DNA from: a virus
Taxonomy: Duplodnaviria; Caudoviricetes
Strand: one strand, 5' to 3'
Virus record (IMG/VR): IMGVR_UViG_3300031519_004675
Span: 1-36,011 of that record
DNA: 36,011 bases
Of this stretch, positions 17,858 to 26,685 are shown in pieces (within the stretch, counting starts at the first letter, position 1; each line of letters begins with the position of its first letter). The position numbers and the translations under genes are program-made. Under the pieces are notes generated by a model. It worked only from the letters and a program-made list of their open reading frames with translations. It searched no databases and had not been told where the DNA came from.

Positions 17858-19271
17858 TGGGTTTAAAAATCCAAACGTTAAAAGCTTTACAACATTCTTT
17901 GAAGAAAAGAATGCCCCTAAAGATGATGACTACAATATGGTTATTCTTCATATTCTTGAAGATGATTCACCAACAGTAAAAAGACTAGAAGAAGAGTGTA
18001 AGAAAAAGAACATTACATTTTTTAATTGTTTAGTTGATGGTGCTTATGTTGAAGAAGGTATTCTCTATGCTCGAAAGTCAGAAAAAGGATTTGAATTAAC
18101 GGACAATACAGTTGTCATGGTTCTAGGTGATCTTCAAAAGAAGAACGCATATTTAAATTTTTTATCTGAACTTGAAAGAGTTGGTTGTACTTTAGTCAAT
18201 AGTAGAAGAACTATTGAAGTATGCTCAGACAAATATAGAACTTATCTAAATCTCAAGAATGCTGATATCGAACAGCCAAAAACAGTTTTAATTCCAAACA
18301 AAGATGCAGCTGAAGATGCTCTAGAAAAACTAGGATCAAAGTTTCCTATTATTCTAAAGACAACTACGGGTTCAAAAGGTGTTGGAGTTATCTTTATTGA
18401 ATCAGAAAGAAGTTACAACGCAACTGTACAATTGTTATATAAAATTGACGATGACGTTGAACTTCTTATTCAAGAATATATTAAGACAGATGGTGATATC
18501 AGAGTATTAGTATTAGGAAAAACAATTCTTGCATCAATGAAACGACATGTAATTGATGGCGACTTTAGATCAAACTATTCTCAAGGAGGCAAGGTATCGA
18601 AATACAATCTTTCAGACTTAGAAAAAGAAAAAGTTTTGTTGGCTGCAAAAAAAGTCAATGGAAAATATGTTGGAGTAGATTTTATTCCTACAAAAGATGG
18701 CCCAAGAATTATTGAAGTAAACCATTCACCAGGTTCTCAAGGGATAGAGAAAGCAACAGGACCAGTTATCGATAAAGTTGTTGACTATTGGAGTGATCCT
18801 AAACACAGAGTACATACACCAGAAGAATGTGGTTTCCTAGAAGTAATTAATGTACATCCATTTGGCTCAATCATTTCAAAATTTGATAGTGGTAATTCAT
18901 CTTTGCCAGTAATACATGGTGAAAAAATTCAATACGATGACAAAAATAAAATAGTGCATTGGATATTATTTGGTAAGAAGATGTCAAGACCTTTAGATCA
19001 CATAATGAAAGTAAATCTTGGTGGTCTAAGAGATTATTCAGAAAAAAGATATGTTGTAAAATTAGATATAGATTTTGCAGGTAAAACATATAAAGATGTA
19101 TCATTTACAATTGACGACAGAAAAAGTAGAACTAGAATATTATTAAATAGAGACTTAATGGTACGGATGAACGTAATGGTGAATCCTCAAAGAAAATATG
19201 TCTTGACAAACAAGATAGAAAGTGATAGGATGAAAGATAATGAGAGTACAATCAGCAAAAGCAAAGGGTAG
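17850..19271 (+). CDS. rimK: RimK-family ATP-grasp ligase fused to RimK-associated aspartic-protease-like domain
   Basis: DKYRTY, PIILKTTTGSKGVGV, IQEYI, DIRV, FRSNYSQGG, IEVNHSPG; C-terminal SKFDSGN...LLNRDLM. Confidence 0.85.
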   Translation: MIDGFKNPNVKSFTTFFEEKNAPKDDDYNMVILHILEDDSPTVKRLEEECKKKNITFFNCLVDGAYVEEGILYARKSEKGFELTDNTVVMVLGDLQKKNAYLNFLSELERVGCTLVNSRRTIEVCSDKYRTYLNLKNADIEQPKTVLIPNKDAAEDALEKLGSKFPIILKTTTGSKGVGVIFIESERSYNATVQLLYKIDDDVELLIQEYIKTDGDIRVLVLGKTILASMKRHVIDGDFRSNYSQGGKVSKYNLSDLEKEKVLLAAKKVNGKYVGVDFIPTKDGPRIIEVNHSPGSQGIEKATGPVIDKVVDYWSDPKHRVHTPEECGFLEVINVHPFGSIISKFDSGNSSLPVIHGEKIQYDDKNKIVHWILFGKKMSRPLDHIMKVNLGGLRDYSEKRYVVKLDIDFAGKTYKDVSFTIDDRKSRTRILLNRDLMVRMNVMVNPQRKYVLTNKIESDRMKDNESTISKSKG

Positions 19272-19638
19272 ACGACTCCAACAATGGGTGCGTGACCAAC
19301 TGATAGAAAAATTAGAAGTCCACAGAGAAGACATTGAATCAAGATCAATGGGTGCAGGTGGCGAAGATTTGATTATGGCTCGTGATGCACGAAACAAATT
19401 CCCATATTCAATCGAATGTAAAAATCAAGAAAAGATTAATGTCTGGCAATCATATGAACAGGCGAAAGAAAATTCTAAAACTTATGAACCTATTGTAGTA
19501 ATGAAACGCAATAATTCAAAACCTTTAGTCTTAGTAGATGCAGAATATTTTGTATCACTACATAAAAAAAATAATAACAATGGGAGTAGCGATGCCGAAA
19601 ATGAGAATGTTCCAATTTTGGAACGAGACGGGTCTTAA
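19240..19638 (+). CDS. PD-(D/E)XK nuclease, Holliday-junction-resolvase-like
   Basis: SAKAKGRRLQQWV, GEDL, SIECKNQE. Confidence 0.7.
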   Translation: MRVQSAKAKGRRLQQWVRDQLIEKLEVHREDIESRSMGAGGEDLIMARDARNKFPYSIECKNQEKINVWQSYEQAKENSKTYEPIVVMKRNNSKPLVLVDAEYFVSLHKKNNNNGSSDAENENVPILERDGS

Positions 19639-19846
19639 AAAAGAAACGGAACAACTGTCTTTAAAAAGAGCTGTCAAAGCAGTACAGGGAGATTATAAAG
19701 ATAAGTTTATTGGAGTAGAATATATTACTAAGAAAGGTAATATGACTACCGACACAATTAAATTACCTTACGGAAGAAAATACCGTCAAGCGTTAGTAAT
19801 GGAAGCCAAAAGGGCAGCTGCTAAAAAAGCAATGGAACGAAGGTAG
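19592..19846 (+). CDS. Hypothetical basic protein
   Basis: Start moved to ATG 19592 after GGGAG. Confidence 0.55.
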   Translation: MPKMRMFQFWNETGLKKETEQLSLKRAVKAVQGDYKDKFIGVEYITKKGNMTTDTIKLPYGRKYRQALVMEAKRAAAKKAMERR

Positions 19847-19849
19847 TTT

Positions 19850-19999
19850 ATGGCTCTAAGAGCAAACGAGTCTGGTTACGAAAAACCTAGACCAAAAAGA
19901 ACCTCACAATCAACGAGGAATAAGAGAGTTAAATTATCTTCTATGAATAAAGCAAAGAAGAGACAATTTAAATCTTACAATCAACAGGGGCGACCCTAA
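19850..19999 (+). CDS. Small highly basic protein (not in ORF track)
   Basis: MALRANESGYEKPRPKRTSQSTRNKRVKLSSMNKAKKRQFKSYNQQGRP; SMNK..KR..K.Y..QG ending recurs in marine phages. Confidence 0.65.
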   Translation: MALRANESGYEKPRPKRTSQSTRNKRVKLSSMNKAKKRQFKSYNQQGRP

Positions 20000-20015
20000 T
20001 TTAAAGGAGTATATT

Positions 20016-20207
20016 ATGAGTGAATCACATAATACAATTACAAGTGCAGTAGAAACCTATACTCAAGAAAACGATAAGTTTGTTGAGAAAGGTGTTAAAT
20101 CTGCTGGAACAAGAGCAAGAAAAGCATTGGCAGAATTAGGTAAAGCTGTCAAACTTAGACGAAAAGAAATACAAGAAGCGAAGAACGCTGCGAAACCATC
20201 AGCATAG
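20016..20207 (+). CDS. Histone H1-like (Hc1 family) protein
   Basis: ENDKFVEKGVKSAGTRARKALAEL...RKEIQ; AAGGAG SD. Confidence 0.8.
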   Translation: MSESHNTITSAVETYTQENDKFVEKGVKSAGTRARKALAELGKAVKLRRKEIQEAKNAAKPSA

Positions 20208-20218
20208 ACTCCCACACA

Positions 20219-20242
20219 TAGGCGTGGCATTTGCCACGTCTA
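20219..20242 (+). terminator. GC-rich intergenic hairpin
   Basis: TAGGCGTGGC-ATTT-GCCACGTCTA, 10 bp with one G-U; no U-tract. Confidence 0.5.
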
Positions 20243-20260
20243 GCAGACATAGGATTTGAA

Positions 20261-20914
20261 ATGAAAGTATTAGTAATTACAGCACACCCCGATGATATGG
20301 AAATGTCTATGGGTGGAACAGTTAAAAAACTGATTGATAATGGTGATCAAGTTGATAATATTATTATGTGTACAGATACACAAAAAAAATTAATTAATAA
20401 AAAGTTTGTTGTTGTTAATGATAGACAAGAAGCAATTGATAAAAGTACAAAAATATTAGGACATAATTCTATATTATATAATAATTCACTTGGAACTACA
20501 TCACCTGGTCATTGTGGTACAACTACACGACCTCAAATAAGTCACGCCCTTGTAAGAGAGTTTGAAAATCTTTACAACCTTAGTAATTATGATTTACTAG
20601 TAACACATTGGCATGAGGATTGGCATCAAGACCATAAAATGTGTTATGATCTTGTAAACATACTTAAAAGAAATCAACCAATCAATGTAATGTATATGGA
20701 TGCGTTTCCTTATAATGCAAAGTACAAAGAATTTGAAGCAAATATATTTTACGATATCACAAACCAATGGCAAGCAAAAGAAGAATGCATTAAAGCATTT
20801 ACAAACTTAGATACAAATTGGGTTGAAAGAATAAAAGCATACAACTATTATAGAGGTAGTTATGTAAAAAAAGGATTTGCTGAGTGTTTTAAAATCGACA
20901 CAATGTTAATGTAA
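20261..20914 (+). CDS. PIG-L/LmbE-family N-acetyl-sugar deacetylase
   Basis: AHPDD and HQDH zinc motifs; start moved to ATG 20261 after AGGA. Confidence 0.85.
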   Translation: MKVLVITAHPDDMEMSMGGTVKKLIDNGDQVDNIIMCTDTQKKLINKKFVVVNDRQEAIDKSTKILGHNSILYNNSLGTTSPGHCGTTTRPQISHALVREFENLYNLSNYDLLVTHWHEDWHQDHKMCYDLVNILKRNQPINVMYMDAFPYNAKYKEFEANIFYDITNQWQAKEECIKAFTNLDTNWVERIKAYNYYRGSYVKKGFAECFKIDTMLM

Positions 20915-21360
20915 TGTTAGATAACGAAGTAAAAAAGTGGATATCAGAAACACTATCTCAACCAAATGAAATATTTGGTGGACTACCACCATGTCCTTAT
21001 GCTAGAAAAGCATGGGCAGACGGAAAGGTAAAAATAATAACAGACACATTCACTTATGATTATGACAAACTTATTTCTGGCGAACTAGATGTAATATTGA
21101 TCGTGCTAGAGGGAGCGACCTTTGAAAGCCTTTTAGTGGAGAAAAAATCTCTGCTGAAAAATTTGCCCACAGGGTTCGTTATACTAGAAGATCACCCAGA
21201 GCAAAAAGAAGAAGTATCGGGGTTAAATTTAAATTTTGGTAAACCTTGTTTGTTTATTCAAAATAGGAAGAAACTCGTAATCGCAAGAGAGTATCTAGAA
21301 AGTACAGATTACTACAAAAATTTTGATAAGGAATACCTAGATGATATACACCAGAATTAA
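20914..21360 (+). CDS. Hypothetical protein (DUF1415-like PCPYA motif)
   Basis: PPCPYA, DHP, IQ motifs; TAATG coupling. Confidence 0.55.
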   Translation: MLDNEVKKWISETLSQPNEIFGGLPPCPYARKAWADGKVKIITDTFTYDYDKLISGELDVILIVLEGATFESLLVEKKSLLKNLPTGFVILEDHPEQKEEVSGLNLNFGKPCLFIQNRKKLVIAREYLESTDYYKNFDKEYLDDIHQN

Positions 21361-21760
21361 TCTATTCAACACATATTATCAAACAAAAGATTTTGCAAAG
21401 TTAATACATAATCCAAACCTTGATGAGTTAAAAGATATTTACATTAAATACTGTAAACACAAAAAATTCAAAAGTATTCAACCGTTATTTGAATATGAAA
21501 TACAAGACAATTTAATTATGGGTTATGAGCATGAAGGTAAATTAGTTGCATTCACAATGTTAAGAAGACTTGACAAAAAGAATATAGAAAGTTTTCAGTT
21601 TGCATGGGATTATGAAGCACCAGAACTTAAAATTGGCATTCTAAGTTTAAAACATGAAATCGCATGGGCAAAAGAGAATGGATATAATTATCTTTATATG
21701 GGATTAGATGATAGGTATAAAAGAAACTTTGACGGATACGAACAATGTCCACCAGCATAA
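21341..21760 (+). CDS. GNAT-fold protein resembling aminoacyl-tRNA-protein transferase (ATE/Bpt) C-domain
   Basis: GKLVAF...FAWDYEAPELKIG..SL..EI..AK..GY.YLYMG. Confidence 0.6.
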   Translation: MIYTRINLFNTYYQTKDFAKLIHNPNLDELKDIYIKYCKHKKFKSIQPLFEYEIQDNLIMGYEHEGKLVAFTMLRRLDKKNIESFQFAWDYEAPELKIGILSLKHEIAWAKENGYNYLYMGLDDRYKRNFDGYEQCPPA

Positions 21761-21779
21761 AATACCCATAAATAATTAA

Positions 21780-22478
21780 ATGATACATTTCTGTGTACTT
21801 AAATATGGTAAAGAACTAAAAGGTAGTTTTACGACTAACTTGGCGAATGAATTAATTAAACCTATTCAAGAACACAATATAAAGTTTCATTGTTATACCG
21901 ATGATCCTAGAGGACTTGATCCTAGATTTGAAATTCATCCATTATTAGAAGAAGATATAAAAAAGCATATTCATTGGAATATGTTTAAATTTTTCAATCC
22001 TAATTTTATCAATGCTGAAGAACATGATCAAACTATCTACATGGATATTGATATGTTATGGAATCAAAATCCCTCACCAATGATAGATCATATAGTAGAT
22101 AAAAATGAACTTATTGCAATTCATAGACATTGGCAAAATTTAGATACTCTAGACAAATGCGAACTACATGATAGTTTTATTAAATTCAATTCTTGGGATT
22201 TAGCAGACTTAGGAAAGATATACTTTTCAGACCCCGAACATTGGCAAAAACACTATTATGAAACAGGTCAATGTTCCATACCTAGATATGGAGTACAAAA
22301 CTTCATATGGGAACAAACTACTAAATTAGCCACCCATAGGATCACATATCTGCCGTCAGAATGGGTGTTTAAGTCTCACATAGACAAACATACTCTATAT
22401 GCTGAACAGTACGAATTAAAGACCGGCAGAGACTATTATACAGATTTCGATAACGCAATTTTACATTATCCCACATAG
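21780..22478 (+). CDS. Putative GT-A glycosyltransferase
   Basis: LKYG, FHCYTDD, YMDID (DxD); preceded by CATAAATA late-promoter variant at 21767. Confidence 0.65.
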   Translation: MIHFCVLKYGKELKGSFTTNLANELIKPIQEHNIKFHCYTDDPRGLDPRFEIHPLLEEDIKKHIHWNMFKFFNPNFINAEEHDQTIYMDIDMLWNQNPSPMIDHIVDKNELIAIHRHWQNLDTLDKCELHDSFIKFNSWDLADLGKIYFSDPEHWQKHYYETGQCSIPRYGVQNFIWEQTTKLATHRITYLPSEWVFKSHIDKHTLYAEQYELKTGRDYYTDFDNAILHYPT

Positions 22479-22486
22479 AGCATCCA

Positions 22487-22494
22487 TATAAATA
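22487..22494 (+). promoter_or_regulatory. T4-type late promoter TATAAATA
   Basis: Exact consensus 9 nt before ATG 22504. Confidence 0.75.
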
Positions 22495-22503
22495 CGTTAT
22501 ATA

Positions 22504-22785
22504 ATGAATTTGTTTTTTCAAATATTAGTTGAGTTTGGATTGCCAGTTGCATCAGCAACGGTGATGGGTGTCTTTATATACATCATACTTAAATATATTT
22601 TGGATTCAGTCGTGGGGCAAGTAGCCAGTATGCATGGAATTATAATGGGTTTAGATAATAGAATCAAAACCATGAATAATGACATGATAAAATTGGACTT
22701 ACTTATATCTCATGCTTTGGATTTGCGACCTGATGAAGATAGAATATCGAGAGCAGAAGGCAAGGCAGATGCAAGGAAAGATTAA
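22504..22785 (+). CDS. Single-TM + coiled-coil membrane protein (paralog 1)
   Basis: EFGLPVA...TM, then LDNRIKTMNNDMIKL. Confidence 0.7.
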   Translation: MNLFFQILVEFGLPVASATVMGVFIYIILKYILDSVVGQVASMHGIIMGLDNRIKTMNNDMIKLDLLISHALDLRPDEDRISRAEGKADARKD

Positions 22786-23066
22786 TGACAGTAATCGAAA
22801 TATTAAATCAGTATGGCTTTGCCACTCTAGCTGCAATAGCAATGGGTTGGTTTATATTTTTCATCTATAAATTTACTACCGAACACATAAAAACAAAATT
22901 AGGACAAGCTAACACAGCTTTGATTGGTCTGTTGGATAGAATACGAATGTTAGATAATGATTTAATTAGATTAAGATCAAAGTTAAATACAGTTTTAGAA
23001 TTACAGGAACATAAAAAAAATGAAGAAAATAAAAACATATCTAAAACAGACGACACGATTCGGTAA
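22785..23066 (+). CDS. Single-TM + coiled-coil membrane protein (paralog 2)
   Basis: QYGFATL...TM, then LLDRIRMLDNDLIRL; TAATG-coupled. Confidence 0.7.
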   Translation: MTVIEILNQYGFATLAAIAMGWFIFFIYKFTTEHIKTKLGQANTALIGLLDRIRMLDNDLIRLRSKLNTVLELQEHKKNEENKNISKTDDTIR

Positions 23067-23069
23067 AAT

Positions 23070-23077
23070 TATAAATA
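23070..23077 (+). promoter_or_regulatory. T4-type late promoter TATAAATA
   Basis: Exact consensus between stop 23066 and ATG 23086. Confidence 0.7.
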
Positions 23078-23085
23078 GCAATGAT

Positions 23086-23559
23086 ATGAGAACACTTAAA
23101 ATGGTGTTTATTGGCACCCTTTTTTATGTTTTTGCGAGCTCAATAAGCATGGCTTCAGACTTGGTACATACCTTTAAGAATCCTGCCTTTAGTGGTAATG
23201 GGTATTCTAGTCATGTATTATCTATTGAACAATTACAACACAATAGACAGAAAGAGAACAAAGAAGCTGCTAAGTCAGCAGCTGCGGCAGCTGAAAGAGC
23301 AGAGAACAATACTACGATTAGTAAATTTATTAAGAACGTAGAAAGCAGAATTTATGCGAATTTATCTAAACAGTTGGTTGACAATATGTTTGGTGAATCA
23401 TGCACAGGAACTTGTCCAACAAGTGGTACAGCCGAAGTAGAAGGTTCTACAATTTATTGGGTTAAAGATTCTTCGACTGAAGTTATAACATTAACAATAA
23501 CTGATCCTAATGGTTCTGTTACAACAATGTCAGTACCTTTAGGAGATTTTAATTTTTAA
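23086..23559 (+). CDS. csgF: Curli assembly protein CsgF-like
   Basis: Signal peptide then SDLVHTFKNPAFSG; C-terminal ITLTITDPNGSVTTMSVP; adjacent to csgG; start moved from 23020. Confidence 0.8.
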   Translation: MRTLKMVFIGTLFYVFASSISMASDLVHTFKNPAFSGNGYSSHVLSIEQLQHNRQKENKEAAKSAAAAAERAENNTTISKFIKNVESRIYANLSKQLVDNMFGESCTGTCPTSGTAEVEGSTIYWVKDSSTEVITLTITDPNGSVTTMSVPLGDFNF

Positions 23560-23560
23560 G

Positions 23561-24376
23561 ATGATGAGAATTATAGGAATATTTTTACTTGGGTTAATCT
23601 TAACAGGATGTGCTACGCACATGCAAGATAACATCAAGCGTGGATCAGAACCTTTTATTGAAGGTACTAATACACTTAATAAGTTAAAAGAAATTCCTAG
23701 TTTAGATAATCAACCTGAAATAACGATAGCAGTTTATTCGTTTACAGATCAAACTGGTCAGAGAAAACCTAGTCCAAATTTTTCTCAATTGTCAACTGCG
23801 GTTACGCAAGGACCAGATGTTTGGGTTATATCTGCTTTGAAAGCAGTTGGTGACGGAAAATGGTTTAAGGTTGTTGAAAGAAAAGGATTACAGAATTTAG
23901 TTAAAGAAAGACAATTAATAAGATCGACAAGAGAATTATATGATGGCGAACAACAAGCATCCAATATATTAAAACCATTGGTGTTTGCTGGATTAATTGT
24001 TGAAGGTGGTATTGTAGGATATGATAGCAATGTTAACAGTGGTGGCATTGGTGCAAGATATTTTGGTATAGGTGTAAGTGAACAATATCGTACAGACCAA
24101 GTAACAGTGGCGTTAAGATTAGTTGCAGTACAAACAGGAGAAATATTAATATCTGTTTCTGCAACAAAGACAATTGCTAGTTATAGTAAGGGTGGCGATG
24201 TATTTAGATTTTTGGACTTAGGTACAAAAGCATTAGAACTTGAGACAGGTGCAGCATCAAATGAGCCAGTTAGTTATGCAATAAGATCAACAATAGAACA
24301 CGCAGTTTTGCAGATGGTATATGAGGGAGTTAATAAAAAACTTTGGAAAATGCAAAACGTAAGTAAAATAAAATAA
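23561..24376 (+). CDS. csgG: Curli secretion channel lipoprotein CsgG
   Basis: Lipobox LTG-C; VYSFTDQTGQRKP, STAVTQG, WFKVVERKGLQNLVKERQLIR, EGGIVGYDSN, NEPV. Confidence 0.92.
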   Translation: MMRIIGIFLLGLILTGCATHMQDNIKRGSEPFIEGTNTLNKLKEIPSLDNQPEITIAVYSFTDQTGQRKPSPNFSQLSTAVTQGPDVWVISALKAVGDGKWFKVVERKGLQNLVKERQLIRSTRELYDGEQQASNILKPLVFAGLIVEGGIVGYDSNVNSGGIGARYFGIGVSEQYRTDQVTVALRLVAVQTGEILISVSATKTIASYSKGGDVFRFLDLGTKALELETGAASNEPVSYAIRSTIEHAVLQMVYEGVNKKLWKMQNVSKIK

Positions 24377-24388
24377 GGGAATAAAAAA

Positions 24389-25075
24389 ATGAGTAGATTT
24401 GCTAAATTGGTTATGTTTTTGATGACATTTACATTGCCAGTATTGGCGAATGATATTTACATTACCCAATCAGGTGCTACATTAACTTTGGATGTTTTAC
24501 AAGACGGACAAAATAACACAATCGGTAATAGTACAACAGCATCAACTGTTACAGGTGCTACATCTAACTTTAATATCGATCAAGTTGGTGACTCAAACGT
24601 ACTAACTTTTGATATCAATGGTGCTAACTATACAGGTGTTTTAAGTACAACAGGTAATAGTAACAACATTGACTTTAATTGTGATAGTGGTGGGTCTAAC
24701 TCATCGTGTGCTACAGTTTCAGCAACTATTGTATGGGTTGGTTCTTCAAACGACTTAGACATTGATGTTGGAGAAACAGCAGATGCTACAGGTGCCACAA
24801 TTAATATTCAAGGTGCCTCTGGTTCAGACAGTAATGTTATTGCAGCTACAATTGACGGTACAAGTGTTATATTAACTTTAAACGTTAATGGTGACACAAA
24901 CAATTACTTAATTGATATTGACGGCAATGGTGACAGTATTGGTCATACACTAATACATACCCATGTAGGTTCAATAGCTGACGTGGACATTACACAATCA
25001 GGTGTTAATGATAACATGATCACTTTAAATACAACTGGCGACAATCACAATATAGACATTATACAAAGAGACTAA
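24389..25075 (+). CDS. Secreted curlin-like repeat (beta-solenoid) protein
   Basis: Signal peptide; repeated QxGxxN/GxxN-x-I units (QDGQNN, QVGDSN, GNSNN, GDTNN, QSGVNDN). Confidence 0.7.
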   Translation: MSRFAKLVMFLMTFTLPVLANDIYITQSGATLTLDVLQDGQNNTIGNSTTASTVTGATSNFNIDQVGDSNVLTFDINGANYTGVLSTTGNSNNIDFNCDSGGSNSSCATVSATIVWVGSSNDLDIDVGETADATGATINIQGASGSDSNVIAATIDGTSVILTLNVNGDTNNYLIDIDGNGDSIGHTLIHTHVGSIADVDITQSGVNDNMITLNTTGDNHNIDIIQRD

Positions 25076-26193
25076 TGAAACTGTTTAGCATATTTTTTAC
25101 CATACTTGGTATGATGGTTATATGCTCACAGGAAGTACAAGCAAGTATAGGACAAGTTTCTTTACATGAAGGTAATGCAAACATTGATAGAAAAAATGGT
25201 GAAAAAAGTATTACCGTTGAAAAAAATTTAGATGTATTTTCATATGATACTGTAAAAACAGGTAATGGTAAAGTTGGTATTGAGTTTATTGATGATACTA
25301 GAGTTGATGTTACTCAACATTCCAAACTTGTCATAGATGAATTTGTTTATGATCCTAATACTAAGACAGGTAAGTTATCATTAAAAGCAAAACTTGGTAC
25401 AGTAAGATACGCATCAGGTCAGATCGCTAAGAACTCAGCTACAAACGTTACAATAACAACACCAACGGCAACGATTGGTGTTCGTGGTACTGACTTCACA
25501 ATGACAATAGATGAAATAGGTTCATCTACAATTATTCTTTTGCCGAGCTGTGATACGACAGGTGCTTGTTTTGTTGGTGAGATTAGTGTAGAATCAGATG
25601 CAGGTCAAGTTATTTTAAATCAAGCATTTCAAGCAACAGTAGTTGATACTTTTACATCTAAACCTTTATCACCAGTGATATTAGATTTAGATGAAGAAAT
25701 GATTGGTAACTTATTAATCGTATCTAAACCAGCAGAAATTGCAAAACAAGAAAAAACTGAAGCTTTAGTTGATGTAGCAGATGCTTTAGATTTAGACTTT
25801 TTACAATTTGATGATTTAGAAATTGACTATCTAGAAGAAGATGAAAGTCAATTTGCAACAGGATTAGATATAGACTTCTTAGAACAAAATTTCTTAGCAG
25901 ATATTTTAGCACAAATTAATTCAGAATTAGCAAAGGCAATGAGATCAGAGTTTGATAAACAAAAATCTTCTGATGGTATTGTACTAGGAAAGAATGCTGA
26001 GACTGGTGTAATTATTTTAGATGAAGACCCTCAATGGGTATGGATTAGAGAAGCTGCTAGTGGTAGTTATATTGAATTACGATTAGATAAGGAGTATGGT
26101 TATATACTAAATATAATACAGGTCGAATTTGAACAATACGACTTTGAACTAGGAGGTATAGAAAATGCGATTACTATTCAGCAAACTAATTAG
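25075..26193 (+). CDS. FecR-domain protein with acidic C-terminal region
   Basis: DTVKTG, FIDDTRV, L..GTVRYASG, TPTATIGVRGTDF. Confidence 0.85.
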   Translation: MKLFSIFFTILGMMVICSQEVQASIGQVSLHEGNANIDRKNGEKSITVEKNLDVFSYDTVKTGNGKVGIEFIDDTRVDVTQHSKLVIDEFVYDPNTKTGKLSLKAKLGTVRYASGQIAKNSATNVTITTPTATIGVRGTDFTMTIDEIGSSTIILLPSCDTTGACFVGEISVESDAGQVILNQAFQATVVDTFTSKPLSPVILDLDEEMIGNLLIVSKPAEIAKQEKTEALVDVADALDLDFLQFDDLEIDYLEEDESQFATGLDIDFLEQNFLADILAQINSELAKAMRSEFDKQKSSDGIVLGKNAETGVIILDEDPQWVWIREAASGSYIELRLDKEYGYILNIIQVEFEQYDFELGGIENAITIQQTN

Positions 26194-26500
26194 TTTATTA
26201 ATACTAATTACACCTGTTTATGCAAACGATTTAGATTTAACTGTTATCACTTCATCAGGTGGTACTTTTAATTCACTACAAGACGGAGAAGATAATTCTA
26301 TTGATTTTGAAATACAAAGTATGAATGGATTTGTTATTGACCTAGATCAAATAGGTGATGATAATTCTATTGACATAGATGTTGACGGAAGAACAAGCAA
26401 TGGTTCTTCAATGACAATTAATCAGACTGGTAATAACAATAGTTATTCTGGTAGTTTTTGGTGTGGTGCAGCTTACTGTACAATGACAGTAAATCAATGA
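26165..26500 (+). CDS. Small secreted curlin-repeat protein
   Basis: Signal peptide; QDGEDNSI, QIGDDNSI, QTGNNN repeats. Confidence 0.7.
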   Translation: MRLLFSKLISLLILITPVYANDLDLTVITSSGGTFNSLQDGEDNSIDFEIQSMNGFVIDLDQIGDDNSIDIDVDGRTSNGSSMTINQTGNNNSYSGSFWCGAAYCTMTVNQ

Positions 26501-26685
26501 TAAAGGAATATTTAAAAATTATAGGTCTAGGAATACTAGCAGTTATATTTCATTGGAAAACAATTGCATTCTATCTTTTTATGGCATTTTGTTTTTGTTT
26601 AATGTTAATACAACAAGGACTATTAGCTGCATTGATGATTATTCCAATAATATACTTTTTGAAATTAATCGGTAAAATCTTCTAA
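26497..26685 (+). CDS. Small hydrophobic membrane protein
   Basis: ATGA/TAATG coupling both sides; almost entirely hydrophobic. Confidence 0.6.
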   Translation: MIKEYLKIIGLGILAVIFHWKTIAFYLFMAFCFCLMLIQQGLLAALMIIPIIYFLKLIGKIF

